DNA of 64,000 bases from the IMG/VR virus record IMGVR_UViG_3300027286_000002. One strand, written 5' to 3'. The position numbers were made by a program, and so were the translations under genes. How positions within the stretch are numbered: position 1 is the first letter of the stretch; every line of letters begins with the position of its first letter. The notes beneath the pieces were generated by a model that saw only the letters and a list, made by a program, of their open reading frames with translations, did no database searches and was not told the origin of the DNA. Below, one piece after another: positions 37,391-47,624 of the stretch. This DNA is from a virus. Its lineage: Duplodnaviria; Caudoviricetes.

Positions 37391-38263
37391 ATGAGTAGAC
37401 AAGTTTTAATAAATAATGTAGTCAAAAGACATATCATTCGTTTAGCATCTATTGATGCTATTCGTGAAAGTAAAAAATATAAAACAGCTAGTGCTGGATA
37501 TGTTCGTTCTGAAATCACACCTGAAGTTTTAGAAGTTTTAGGCAATCATCTTTTCTATAAGACTGCTTTTATTAAAGACATTACTTCTTTATATGAAAAC
37601 ACTAAAAATTCTTTAATCCATATCTATGAAGAAATACAAAAGAAACCAAACAAATGGGAAGAAATTAAAAAAACCTTAAATCTCGATCCTAAAAATATTG
37701 GTTCTATGCTAATGGACTTGCCTAATTTTAAATCCAATTTTGGCAAGTGGTTAGAAAGTGTTATTAAAGATATACCTTTCTTAAACATCATGTATAAAGT
37801 GTCTAAATTAGAATATACACAAGCGAAACAATGGTTAGAGAACTTATATGCTAAACTACCTGCTAAAATCCAACAAGGTATAGATAAACTTAAAAATATG
37901 GCTACATCTGTTAAGGATTGGTTAGGAAAGATTTGGGATTTATTAAAAGAAAAAATTAAAAAGACAGATAACAAAGCAGTAAACATAGCTGTGTTTTTAG
38001 TCTATTTAGGTATTTCAAGAAAAATAGATGATGATACCTTTGCAAAGAAAAATCTAGTATCAGGACTAACAGGCAAATTAGATAGTGATCAGATACTAGA
38101 TGATTTACCTATGGATAAGTTAAGTGATTTCATATCTGCTCTTTTAGAGGATTTCATAGATATTGAAGATATTGTGAAATATAAGACTTTACCTTTTCAG
38201 ATTTATTTCCTTTATCAAGAAGGATATTTAGATGAAGAACTAAGAATATTGAAAGGACATTAG
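37391..38263 (+). CDS. Helical hypothetical protein, tandem paralog 1
   Basis: N-terminus IRLASIDAIRESKKYKTASAGYVRSEI aligns with paralogs 2 and 3. Confidence 0.7.
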   Translation: MSRQVLINNVVKRHIIRLASIDAIRESKKYKTASAGYVRSEITPEVLEVLGNHLFYKTAFIKDITSLYENTKNSLIHIYEEIQKKPNKWEEIKKTLNLDPKNIGSMLMDLPNFKSNFGKWLESVIKDIPFLNIMYKVSKLEYTQAKQWLENLYAKLPAKIQQGIDKLKNMATSVKDWLGKIWDLLKEKIKKTDNKAVNIAVFLVYLGISRKIDDDTFAKKNLVSGLTGKLDSDQILDDLPMDKLSDFISALLEDFIDIEDIVKYKTLPFQIYFLYQEGYLDEELRILKGH

Positions 38264-38265
38264 GA

Positions 38266-39141
38266 ATGAAAAGAGAAATTTTAATAAAACTTGCCTGTCA
38301 AATAGCAGTACATAAAAGCATTAAATATAAAACTGCATCACATTTAAGACAAGAACTTAATGCGACTACTTTAATACCTTTTGGCAATCAAATTGTTAAG
38401 TATGGTTCTATTAAAGGTCTTGTTGGTAAAATTAAACAAATCTATGAAGGTTTTCAAAAGATGCCAAACCTTTGGGAAAAGTTTAAAGAAAAATTAGGTA
38501 TCACTGCGACTAATGTTGTTTCTCTATATAAGCAACTTAATGAAAAGTTATCTGAATATCTTGAAGAAGGTAAAAAATGGATTGATGGACATAAACAGAA
38601 ACTAGCAAAAGAAAACAAGCTAATTTATTTTATGTTCTTATATGCAGAGAATGCACCTACAATAACAGGTTCTATAAAAACACTACTTGAAAAGATCAAT
38701 CCTGATAATTCATCTAAGCTGTCTAAAAAACTTAAACAATTATCAGATGGATTTGGAAACCTAAAAGACACAATAGATGAGTTCTTTAAAAAACATCCTG
38801 TTCTACATACAATCAGTATTCCTGCTAAAGCATATTTATTTTGGATCATTTGGGTCAATGTAGCTGAAGTCAGTTGGAAAATCACAGATATTATTAAAGG
38901 TTTTCTAGGTCAAATCTCATGGGGTGATCTTTTAGAATCACTACCTGAAAGTGGTTTAGGTTTTCTTATCCAAATCTTTATGCCTTTCATCCCAAGTGGC
39001 ATGGTTGCATCTTCTTTAAAGATAGGTTGGAATGCACTGATCATCCCTGCTATGGGTATACAATTTTATTATCTGTATCAACAACACTTAATAGATGAAC
39101 ATGGTAAACTGATTGAAAGTGAAGTAGAGAAACTAACATGA
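38266..39141 (+). CDS. Helical protein with hydrophobic C-terminal segments, tandem paralog 2
   Basis: IKLAC...KYKTAS; C-terminal YLFWIIWVNV, LGFLIQIFMPF and WNALIIPAMGIQFYYL. Confidence 0.75.
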   Translation: MKREILIKLACQIAVHKSIKYKTASHLRQELNATTLIPFGNQIVKYGSIKGLVGKIKQIYEGFQKMPNLWEKFKEKLGITATNVVSLYKQLNEKLSEYLEEGKKWIDGHKQKLAKENKLIYFMFLYAENAPTITGSIKTLLEKINPDNSSKLSKKLKQLSDGFGNLKDTIDEFFKKHPVLHTISIPAKAYLFWIIWVNVAEVSWKITDIIKGFLGQISWGDLLESLPESGLGFLIQIFMPFIPSGMVASSLKIGWNALIIPAMGIQFYYLYQQHLIDEHGKLIESEVEKLT

Positions 39142-40010
39142 AATATATAAAACTTGCCTGCATACAAGCAATAAAAGAAAGTAAAAAGATAAGGACAGCT
39201 AGTGCATATCAAGTTAGAAAAGAACTTAATGCGACTACCTTAATACCTTTTGCTAACCAAATTGTTAAACATGGTTCTCTTTTTGGACTAACAAGTAAAC
39301 TCAAAGATATTTATGAAAAGTACCAAGAGCAACCACAGATGTGGAATCTTTTTAAAAAGACTTTAGGTATTAATGCTATAGATAATGTTTCTCTATATCA
39401 CCAGCTTAATGATAAATTAGCAGGATATCTTGAACAAGGTAAAGAATGGGTCAATAAGCATAAACAACAGCTATCGGAAAAAAATAAGTATTTGTACTTT
39501 ATGTTCTTATATGCAGATAAAGCACCAACAGTAACAAGTTCAATAAACTATTTACTTGAAAGAGTAGATAGTGAAGAAAAGCAAATTATCATGCAGGCAT
39601 TTAAAAAATACAATGGTGGTTTTAATACCTTTGCAGAAATTATTGAAGATTTTTTTGATCATCATCCTGTTTTTGATGTCATGTCTATGCCTGCTAAAGC
39701 ATATGTATTTTGGTTAGTTTGGACAAATGTAACAGAAATAAGTTGGAAGGTTACAGATATCACTAAAGGATTTTTAGGTTTAATGTCATGGGGTGATCTT
39801 ATTCGTACTTTACCTGAAACAGGTTTAGGTTTACTTATTCAAGTATTTTGTCCTTTTATCCCAAGTGGAATGATTGCATCCTCTTTGAAGATAGGATGGA
39901 ATGCTTTAATAATACCTGCTATGGGTGCTCAATTTTATTATCTGTATCGCAGGCATTTAATAGATGAAAAAGGTAATCTAATTGAAAGTGAAGTTTTAAA
40001 ATTAGAATAG
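39138..40010 (+). CDS. Helical protein with hydrophobic C-terminal segments, tandem paralog 3
   Basis: Collinear with paralog 2 (ELNATTLIPF, MFLYA, IPSGMxASSLKIGWNALIIPAMG); ATGA overlap. Confidence 0.75.
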   Translation: MKYIKLACIQAIKESKKIRTASAYQVRKELNATTLIPFANQIVKHGSLFGLTSKLKDIYEKYQEQPQMWNLFKKTLGINAIDNVSLYHQLNDKLAGYLEQGKEWVNKHKQQLSEKNKYLYFMFLYADKAPTVTSSINYLLERVDSEEKQIIMQAFKKYNGGFNTFAEIIEDFFDHHPVFDVMSMPAKAYVFWLVWTNVTEISWKVTDITKGFLGLMSWGDLIRTLPETGLGLLIQVFCPFIPSGMIASSLKIGWNALIIPAMGAQFYYLYRRHLIDEKGNLIESEVLKLE

Positions 40011-40090
40011 CATTTTTTAAGTAAATCAAATCCTTAATAATATAAGTAAATGGACAACAAAACTCTTCTTTTGTCAAAAGGAAAAAACAA

Positions 40091-41140
40091 ATGGAAGTCC
40101 ATTTTCATGTTAAACAAAACAGACAACATTTAAGATCATTGATCAGTTTGTCTAAAAAAAATAAAACATCTCGTGCAGTAAAATTTGAATGTTTTAATAA
40201 CACCATTAAAGCAACTGCTACAAATAATGATTTCATCTTGTCATGTATTTTAGACGGATCTATCTATGATGATGGTATTGTCTTTTTACCTACTGATGTT
40301 TTAGATAAAGCTATGAGATCATCTACTATCATTTTAAAAGATGATCGCATCTCTTATGGTGAAGAACCTGATGGTCTTTTCTCTCAAGGTGATATTGAAA
40401 CTGTTGAGTTTACTCAATTAGAATTTACTAGCAAAGAAGATGATTTTGAAACCTTTACAGGTAAAAAGATCAATCAAGCACAAGCGATTGAACTCGGATA
40501 TGCTCTTAAAAATGCTGTTCGTTTCTTATCCAAAGAAGAAGGAAAGAATAAAATCACAGGTGTTTATTATGATCCAACCAATCGTAATATCGTATCTACT
40601 GATGGTACTAAACTCTTTACTCAAAAGCTAACATTTGAATTTGTCAATCAAAAGGCTTTGATCCCTGCTGATGCTATTCCTATTCTTGCTGATAACCTTA
40701 TTAATGCTCATGCTAGTGTTAAGGATTGTCATTTGAATATCCAAAATGCGACTACAAGATATTCAATTTTGCTGGTGAATGAAAGTTTTCCAAACTACTT
40801 AAATGTCATGCCTAAAGATGCTGATCTTGAAAAGATCAATATCTCTGCTCGTGGCAAACAAGCATTATATGAAAGCGAAAAAGTGATTGATACACCTATT
40901 ATGAAAATAGATGTAGATGAAAGATCCACATTGAGATTGACCAATACAGAAAGTCAATATGTATGGCAAGAGAATGAATTTCAAGGTAAAGAACGATCTG
41001 TTAATTTCAATATTAACAACCTCACTCAAGTTCTAGCTTTAACTGAAAACATTTACTGCAATCCTAGAAACTTTTCATCTGCACCATTCTTATTTACAAA
41101 AGATAATGTTAAAATCTTATTGATGCCTACAAAAGTTTAA
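40091..41140 (+). CDS. dnaN: DNA polymerase III beta-clamp-like processivity factor
   Basis: 349 aa; VSTDGTKL (compare VATDGHRL), FPNYLNVMP (compare FPDY..V.P), VNFN...LTQVL and terminal LLMPT. Confidence 0.8.
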   Translation: MEVHFHVKQNRQHLRSLISLSKKNKTSRAVKFECFNNTIKATATNNDFILSCILDGSIYDDGIVFLPTDVLDKAMRSSTIILKDDRISYGEEPDGLFSQGDIETVEFTQLEFTSKEDDFETFTGKKINQAQAIELGYALKNAVRFLSKEEGKNKITGVYYDPTNRNIVSTDGTKLFTQKLTFEFVNQKALIPADAIPILADNLINAHASVKDCHLNIQNATTRYSILLVNESFPNYLNVMPKDADLEKINISARGKQALYESEKVIDTPIMKIDVDERSTLRLTNTESQYVWQENEFQGKERSVNFNINNLTQVLALTENIYCNPRNFSSAPFLFTKDNVKILLMPTKV

Positions 41141-41147
41141 AAAGTGA

Positions 41148-41156
41148 TGGTATAAT
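41148..41156 (+). promoter_or_regulatory. Sigma70-type extended -10 element
   Basis: TGGTATAAT upstream of 41220; no clear -35 element. Confidence 0.4.
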
Positions 41157-41219
41157 ATAAAAAGATAGGCAATGTTGCTTATTAAAACACACACACACTT
41201 TTTTATAGGAATAATGATC

Positions 41220-41441
41220 ATGTCTGACAAAGTAAATGGTTATCAAATTCGTACAGATCTTTTACATTTAGCAACTCGTATTGTAGAAGAACAATCTCAA
41301 ACACAGCTTAAATTATTTGAAGCAAAATTACATATGGCAAAGTCTTTAGAAGATTTAGCCAAGCTAAATGCACCTGCCAATACAATTGAAGAAATTTTAT
41401 CTGTTGCTGATAAATTAAATCAATTCGTGCAAACTAAGTAG
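41220..41441 (+). CDS. Small helical phage protein (start revised)
   Basis: MSDKVNGYQIRTDLLHLA...EEILSVADKLNQFV resembles a common small myovirus hypothetical family (recognised from memory, not searched). Confidence 0.55.
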   Translation: MSDKVNGYQIRTDLLHLATRIVEEQSQTQLKLFEAKLHMAKSLEDLAKLNAPANTIEEILSVADKLNQFVQTK

Positions 41442-41706
41442 CATCATCAGGCAAACTTGTAGGATTAAGGATAGACTTATAATCTACTAAAATCCCATCA
41501 TACATAGGAATCCTGCGACCATCTTCTTGAAATCTTAAAGCAAATGCTTTGTGAATCTTAAAAATATCATCACTTGAATATCCATCTTCTGTAAGCATAT
41601 TGATAAAAACTTGAGTGCCTGCATATTTAGCTTGCACAATTAAATCTTCATCTGAAATTTGTGATACATACAAAATCCATTCTTTTAGTGTCTTTGGATC
41701 TTCCAT
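41434..41706 (-). CDS. Hypothetical protein
   Basis: 90-aa ORF immediately downstream of the 1948-aa gene. Confidence 0.6.
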   Translation of the reverse strand: MEDPKTLKEWILYVSQISDEDLIVQAKYAGTQVFINMLTEDGYSSDDIFKIHKAFALRFQEDGRRIPMYDGILVDYKSILNPTSLPDDAT

Positions 41707-41708
41707 TT

Positions 41709-44700
41709 TTATTTATTGCCTTTCTTGCTTAGATCAAAAGGATTTAAAACAGGTTTCAAATCACCTCTCAATACTGCAATTTCTTTTTGTGTATTTTCTA
41801 AAGTTTTTTCATTTTCTAGTTCTTTAGTAATAGTAGTAAAAAGAGCATCGTCTTGTACTGCTAACATTCCCATTAAACTTTCAGATGATACTTCTTGATC
41901 TTCATCTGCATACTTTTTAGATGCTAATTTCATAGATGAAAGTTCAGGATTATTTTCTTTAAACATTTTTAAACTATCTAGAATAGCTACTCTTTCATTC
42001 ATATTAGCTTTGACAAGAACTTCTTTTAAGTCTTTCATATAAGTTTTTACAAGAGTAGATTTTTCTGATTTTGTTAACTGTGTTAAGATTTGATCTCTAA
42101 AGAACAAAAACCAACATTCAGTACTTTTAGTATCAAATGGATCTGTAGGTGCTGATAAATATTCTTCTAAAGTTTCAAAGCCTGCCTCTTTAACTTTTGC
42201 ATCTACATATTTAGTTAAATGCTTATATGACTTAGAATTGTCATCTAAAGATAAAGTAAGTTTTGTAGTACTACCAAAGAATTTCCATAGTTCTTCACCT
42301 GCTTTAACAACATTACCTTCAGAATCTGTAAAAGTGATTGCATAAAGATCTAAAAGACTATAAGTTTGTTGCTTGTAAACATCTGTCATTTCGGAAACAA
42401 GATAATAACATTTAGCTAGTTTTAAAAGCCACCAACCTGCACCATCTCTAAGGAAAGTAACAATTTGATGTTTTTGTTGAGAATTAAGTCCTTTAGTATC
42501 AGGATTTTTTAGTTTTGAAATTAAATCCAAAACACTTTCTTTATCTACTTTTACATCTACTGCTTTTGTTTTTAAACTTGCATTGTGTTCTTCGACTTTT
42601 TCAATATAGTTTTTCAATTCTTCCTGAAAAACCAATTGTGATTGTGCATCATTTCCTGCTGGTAGTGGTGAAACTAGATTAGTTGGATTTAAGAATTTTA
42701 ATACCAAATCAAAATTCTGTTGTAAAGGAGGATACTGTAGTGTAAGTATTAGCACAGTAGCATCATATCCAAACTTGGGCCAGATATAATAACCAATCAT
42801 AGGATTATGTCCTTGACCTTTTTTACCAAGTCCTGTTTCAGGATCAAAGCTATTAAAAGAACCACCACCATCTGTTACAAGTTCTTTTTTACCTGCCTTT
42901 TTACAAGCTACTAATTGAGAAAACAATGCTTTGTTTCCAATACTCTTTGGGGCACAAGTTGTTGTAAAAAACTCACAATTTTTTACTGAATCAGAATTGA
43001 CTGCTCTAATTTGTGATGCAATCCAATCGCCTTTTAACCTAATATGCTTTACATCAGGTACAGAAACACTACTTGTAATTTCAGCAGGTGTTACATTCAA
43101 AACACCTGATATACCTGAAACATCTAACTTTTCTTTCAATTCAGGTGTCAATACAGTAGTGCCTAATTGTTGTAGTATAGTTTTAATTGATGGATGATTA
43201 AAACGATTTGGATCTAAAACTGTATGCTTAACAGGATCTTCCTTCTTATTCTTAAAGTATTCATCAATTTCATTTGATGCTTCTCTTGTAGGCAAAATCG
43301 CTCTTGTAAATTCTTCTAAGTTTGGTGTTGTCATTTTATCACTTACAACACCATGTTCAATCGCACTGTAGTTTTCAGATAACTTGATAGCACCACTTTT
43401 TTTAATAATGTCATTAAAGAACTTCTGATCTGTTTCATGTACTAGACCTCTCAATTCATCTATTGACACTGTTGGTTTGCCTTTTTCATCATTAGGTGCT
43501 ACTGCATCTACCATCACTTCAAGAACTTCATTCTCCTGTCCTTGTCTAAATGCTCTTGCTGTTCTTTGCTTAATTTCTTCACTATCCCAACCATCTCTAT
43601 CTAAATGCACAACAGCTTTAAATTTTTGTAAATTAAATCCTCTTGCATAAGATGAATTACATACCATTGTAACTACTTGATCATTTTCTGCAATAAAGTT
43701 CTTAACAATCTTAATTGCCCATGTCATATCTACAGGCATATTTTTTACAGAAGGTTTAGCTACTGCACCTGTCTTTGACATTCTTTCTCTTTCAATCGCT
43801 TCAATTTGTTCTTCTGTTAAACGATTGATCTTAAAATTCTCTACATTGGTTTTTTTAGTAGCACGACCTTTCTTTAAAGGAACACCTGCCTGATAAAACA
43901 CAATCATATTAGATAAACAAAGAGCATGAATTTTTGTACGATGTCTCATAGAAATAGAAATGACTGTTTGTTTTGCTACATCATTATCTTCTGTGAAATA
44001 AATTGTTCGTTTAGATTCCTGTAAGAATTTAGTAGCTAAAGCTGTTGCTTGTTCTACCTTTGGATTTACAAAAGTATAAGTTTTTGGCTCAATGCCTTTC
44101 ATCTTATTATATTTTGCCATTGCTTTATGTGGATTTAAACTAAACAAGTGTAATAAAGCAATCTTATCCTTTAAATTACCAACTGCAATATCTTTTTCTT
44201 TTTGCAAGGTTACTGAAATATCTTCAGCATTTTGTGTCAATAAAGCAGAATACCTGTCTTTCATTTCTTTAAGCTGGTTTTTAATGCCACTTGCTACTTC
44301 TACATATGCCTTACCTACTTCAGGTGGCATATTTACAGCTGTGTTTAATTTCACTAAAGGTTTAAGTTGTTTTTTACCTACTGCCTCGTAATCCACATCC
44401 ATCTTATCTGCAAAGTAAGCATTTTGCTTTAACCAAATATTAAATTGATGTCTTGCTTCAGGTTTAATACCTACAAACTTGCCACCAATATTGATTGCAT
44501 ATTTATCTGCAAATGCTTTTTCTTTTGCAGGTTCAATAGGATTACCTGTAGATAAAGATACAAATCTAAATAAATCCATAGGTGATGTTTCTAATGCAGA
44601 TGCAGTTAGTAAAATCTTTCTTTTATGTTTTACTCCACTAATCGCTTGTGCTTTCTTTCCTGTTAAGGCTTCATTCACTTCATCAAAAATCATGCAGTAA

Positions 44701-47555
44701 TATTCATTTTCAAAATCAAACTTGCTTTCGTACATCTTAACAAATTCGGTATATCCAATTTCTTTTGCACGACTATCAATCTTTTTTTCTACATTCCCAG
44801 CTAATCCATCTGCTACATCTTCTGTTAAAAACTTTCTCACTTCACTTAAAAAGTTTCCTCTTAAAGCATCAGGACCCACAATTAAAAACTTTGCATCCTT
44901 TTCTTTTTTTGATCCCAATTGCATTGCAGTCACACCTACTAAGGTTTTACCTACACCTGTGTCTAATGCCATCACACCTTTTAAATCATTTGCATCTAAC
45001 CAAGCTAATGCCTCAACTTGCTTATTGTTAAATACAATGTTATCTTTAAATCCACCTATTGATACAGGTTTATATTTTTCTAAATTCTGTGCATTTAATG
45101 CTTTGTCTTTCTGTAAGACAATACCATAATACTTTTCTAATTCTTCATGTGCTTTTCTAGTCATCAAACAAGATCCTAAAGAATCTTTGATTGACTCATA
45201 ATCATCACCATCAAAATAATAAGTTACTCTTGTACCACTAATATTTTCAATTTCTTCAACTGATGCTCTTGTCTTCTTTAAATTCTTTAAAGCACCTCTT
45301 TCACCTTTAAAAGCATCACCTTTTGGTAATGCAATTACAAACCTGCCTTTAAACCATGTGATATATGGTTCTTCCAAAACATTATAATTGATCTTAATAT
45401 CACCACTCTCTACTTTAATACCTTCATAGATATTAATAATTTTACCATTTGCTCCAACAGAATAACATTTATTTTCGCTTGTTAATCTTCCTGTTGCATT
45501 TGCTAAATCTTCCACAGAGAAACCTTTCATTGGTCCCCTTGTGATAATATCTTTAGTAACACCTTTAATAGTAGTAGTCTTTACTTTGACCCAATGTGCA
45601 AATCTTAAAGGATTTGATGCCTTTGGTGTTGTATCATCAGATAATTCTACTTCTCTTTCTTCGCCCGGAAGTGCATCTACTACTGAATCAGGTAAATGAT
45701 CTATCACAATAGGTGGAATATTCATATCCAAATCTTCTGTTAATGGAATAGGATTTCCAATCTCATCAAATTTAAGTGTACCATCTTTTTTGGTTTCATA
45801 TTTAGGTACAGGCTCACCATTTTTAAAAATTACATTTCCTAATTCATCTTTTTCATAAATCACTCTTCTCTTGATATGCTTAAAGATTAATTGCTTTTGT
45901 TGTACTTCTTCACCATTTTGGTTTGTTACTGTAATCGTTCTGATTTCAGGAAAAGCATCTCTTAAAACCTTTGACTTAATTTGGACATCAAATTTCTTTT
46001 GTTGATAAACTTCATATGCAGATAAACCATTTTCGGATTCAATCACACCTAGCTTTTCACTATAAATGGTATGTGCTTTATCTAAAAAGTTCTTTTGTTC
46101 TTCTTTGATAGCTACCTTTAAAGTTTTACCTTTGACAATAGAATTTGGTTTTTCAAGTTCTTTAAGCTGTCCATATAATTGCTTTACTGCTCGCTTATTG
46201 ATTTGCATATCTGAATCAATAATTTCTTTTTCCATATTATATTCATCTAAAACATATTTAAATGAAGGCACATCCACTAAAGACACTAATTTTTCAAACA
46301 TCTCTTTATATGGATCTTGATCAATATCCCAACCTTGACTCAGAAAATAGTTTTGGCAAATTTGAGATAGCTTAAGATTACTATCAATCTTAAATTGCTT
46401 AAATTTTGTGATCAATGGTTTTAAAGATAGACCAATTGGTACAATATTGTTTTTTGCTATCATATATTCCATAAGATTAGCAAAGGTCAAATCCATATCT
46501 GTTTGAGATAAAATCTTTTTAATTACATCTTCTGTTGTACCTACGACTGATGTACTTAATAATTTGGCACTTAACTTCTTTTTAGCTAATTGATCCATTT
46601 TTACTAAGTAATCTTCTTCTTTGACTTCCGACATCGTATCAATGTCTAAATCAACAGGCAAATTCATTGTCTGTAAAAAGTCTAGTTTTCTTTTTTTAAT
46701 AACACCTGCAATCGTAGGCATATTTTTTGGATCATTTAAATATAAATCAAGACGATCACCATCTTCTAATTTAACTTCTGTAAATGCTCCGATTCCTGAT
46801 AACTTAGTCTTTAATTGAGCTTTTTCATACTCAACATATTTCTTCTTAATCGTATTTGCATTTTCTGCAATCACAACAGCAGGTATTGCTCCTGATACTT
46901 CTTTAAACACATCGTATTTTACACCTGTGCTTGTTACTTTTTGTGTGATCTCATATTGCAAACCTTTTGCTTTGCAAATTAAAGCAATCCATCCTGATAA
47001 TGACTTCAAACTTTCTTTGAAAAATGCTTGCTTACCTAAACGATTTGCCACATCAAAAGCACCTGCCATTAAAACAACTTTAGCTTTCTTAAAGACTTCT
47101 TCTTGTGAATTACTTGTTGGATTTCCTTGTCTCACAATGAACTCTAAATATCCTTCCCATACCTTTTGTAAATTCGTTTCAATGAAAGCATCTACTTTTT
47201 GAATATTTACTTTCAAGTCAATCCAAAGGTTTTTCAATTCCTCATCTTGTTCTTTTTCTCTGAAAAATCCCAAATAATACAGATATGCTTTTTCCATATC
47301 TTCATCTAAAGACCACTTAACTAAAGACTTATCTTTCGCTACCTGTGATACTCGATCATTAATATAATCGATTAAGTAATCTTCAAACTCTACCAATTGC
47401 TGGTAGTGATTAAAAACATAATTGCCATTTCCTTCGATCTTGCCTCTAGTAGTATCTCTACTAGACAATTGTGGAACTTTAAAAGCTAATAGAAAATTAG
47501 ATTTAAATGGATTGGCACTGCGATTTGGATTGTTTATCAATTTCACAACAGGCAT
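41709..47555 (-). CDS. Giant SNF2-family helicase fused to a GNAT-like domain (1948 aa)
   Basis: SF2 motifs ALDTGVGKT, IFDEVN, LLTAS, YARGFNLQ and QRTARAFRQGQ; downstream ELVT...IGYYIWPKFGYD resembles GNAT motif B. Confidence 0.75.
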   Translation of the reverse strand: MPVVKLINNPNRSANPFKSNFLLAFKVPQLSSRDTTRGKIEGNGNYVFNHYQQLVEFEDYLIDYINDRVSQVAKDKSLVKWSLDEDMEKAYLYYLGFFREKEQDEELKNLWIDLKVNIQKVDAFIETNLQKVWEGYLEFIVRQGNPTSNSQEEVFKKAKVVLMAGAFDVANRLGKQAFFKESLKSLSGWIALICKAKGLQYEITQKVTSTGVKYDVFKEVSGAIPAVVIAENANTIKKKYVEYEKAQLKTKLSGIGAFTEVKLEDGDRLDLYLNDPKNMPTIAGVIKKRKLDFLQTMNLPVDLDIDTMSEVKEEDYLVKMDQLAKKKLSAKLLSTSVVGTTEDVIKKILSQTDMDLTFANLMEYMIAKNNIVPIGLSLKPLITKFKQFKIDSNLKLSQICQNYFLSQGWDIDQDPYKEMFEKLVSLVDVPSFKYVLDEYNMEKEIIDSDMQINKRAVKQLYGQLKELEKPNSIVKGKTLKVAIKEEQKNFLDKAHTIYSEKLGVIESENGLSAYEVYQQKKFDVQIKSKVLRDAFPEIRTITVTNQNGEEVQQKQLIFKHIKRRVIYEKDELGNVIFKNGEPVPKYETKKDGTLKFDEIGNPIPLTEDLDMNIPPIVIDHLPDSVVDALPGEEREVELSDDTTPKASNPLRFAHWVKVKTTTIKGVTKDIITRGPMKGFSVEDLANATGRLTSENKCYSVGANGKIINIYEGIKVESGDIKINYNVLEEPYITWFKGRFVIALPKGDAFKGERGALKNLKKTRASVEEIENISGTRVTYYFDGDDYESIKDSLGSCLMTRKAHEELEKYYGIVLQKDKALNAQNLEKYKPVSIGGFKDNIVFNNKQVEALAWLDANDLKGVMALDTGVGKTLVGVTAMQLGSKKEKDAKFLIVGPDALRGNFLSEVRKFLTEDVADGLAGNVEKKIDSRAKEIGYTEFVKMYESKFDFENEYYCMIFDEVNEALTGKKAQAISGVKHKRKILLTASALETSPMDLFRFVSLSTGNPIEPAKEKAFADKYAINIGGKFVGIKPEARHQFNIWLKQNAYFADKMDVDYEAVGKKQLKPLVKLNTAVNMPPEVGKAYVEVASGIKNQLKEMKDRYSALLTQNAEDISVTLQKEKDIAVGNLKDKIALLHLFSLNPHKAMAKYNKMKGIEPKTYTFVNPKVEQATALATKFLQESKRTIYFTEDNDVAKQTVISISMRHRTKIHALCLSNMIVFYQAGVPLKKGRATKKTNVENFKINRLTEEQIEAIERERMSKTGAVAKPSVKNMPVDMTWAIKIVKNFIAENDQVVTMVCNSSYARGFNLQKFKAVVHLDRDGWDSEEIKQRTARAFRQGQENEVLEVMVDAVAPNDEKGKPTVSIDELRGLVHETDQKFFNDIIKKSGAIKLSENYSAIEHGVVSDKMTTPNLEEFTRAILPTREASNEIDEYFKNKKEDPVKHTVLDPNRFNHPSIKTILQQLGTTVLTPELKEKLDVSGISGVLNVTPAEITSSVSVPDVKHIRLKGDWIASQIRAVNSDSVKNCEFFTTTCAPKSIGNKALFSQLVACKKAGKKELVTDGGGSFNSFDPETGLGKKGQGHNPMIGYYIWPKFGYDATVLILTLQYPPLQQNFDLVLKFLNPTNLVSPLPAGNDAQSQLVFQEELKNYIEKVEEHNASLKTKAVDVKVDKESVLDLISKLKNPDTKGLNSQQKHQIVTFLRDGAGWWLLKLAKCYYLVSEMTDVYKQQTYSLLDLYAITFTDSEGNVVKAGEELWKFFGSTTKLTLSLDDNSKSYKHLTKYVDAKVKEAGFETLEEYLSAPTDPFDTKSTECWFLFFRDQILTQLTKSEKSTLVKTYMKDLKEVLVKANMNERVAILDSLKMFKENNPELSSMKLASKKYADEDQEVSSESLMGMLAVQDDALFTTITKELENEKTLENTQKEIAVLRGDLKPVLNPFDLSKKGNK

Positions 47556-47624
47556 TTTGCTTATCCTTTGTTTTAAGTGAAAATATGCTCTTTTATAATT
47601 ATGCTTGTAAATATAGATTTAATA

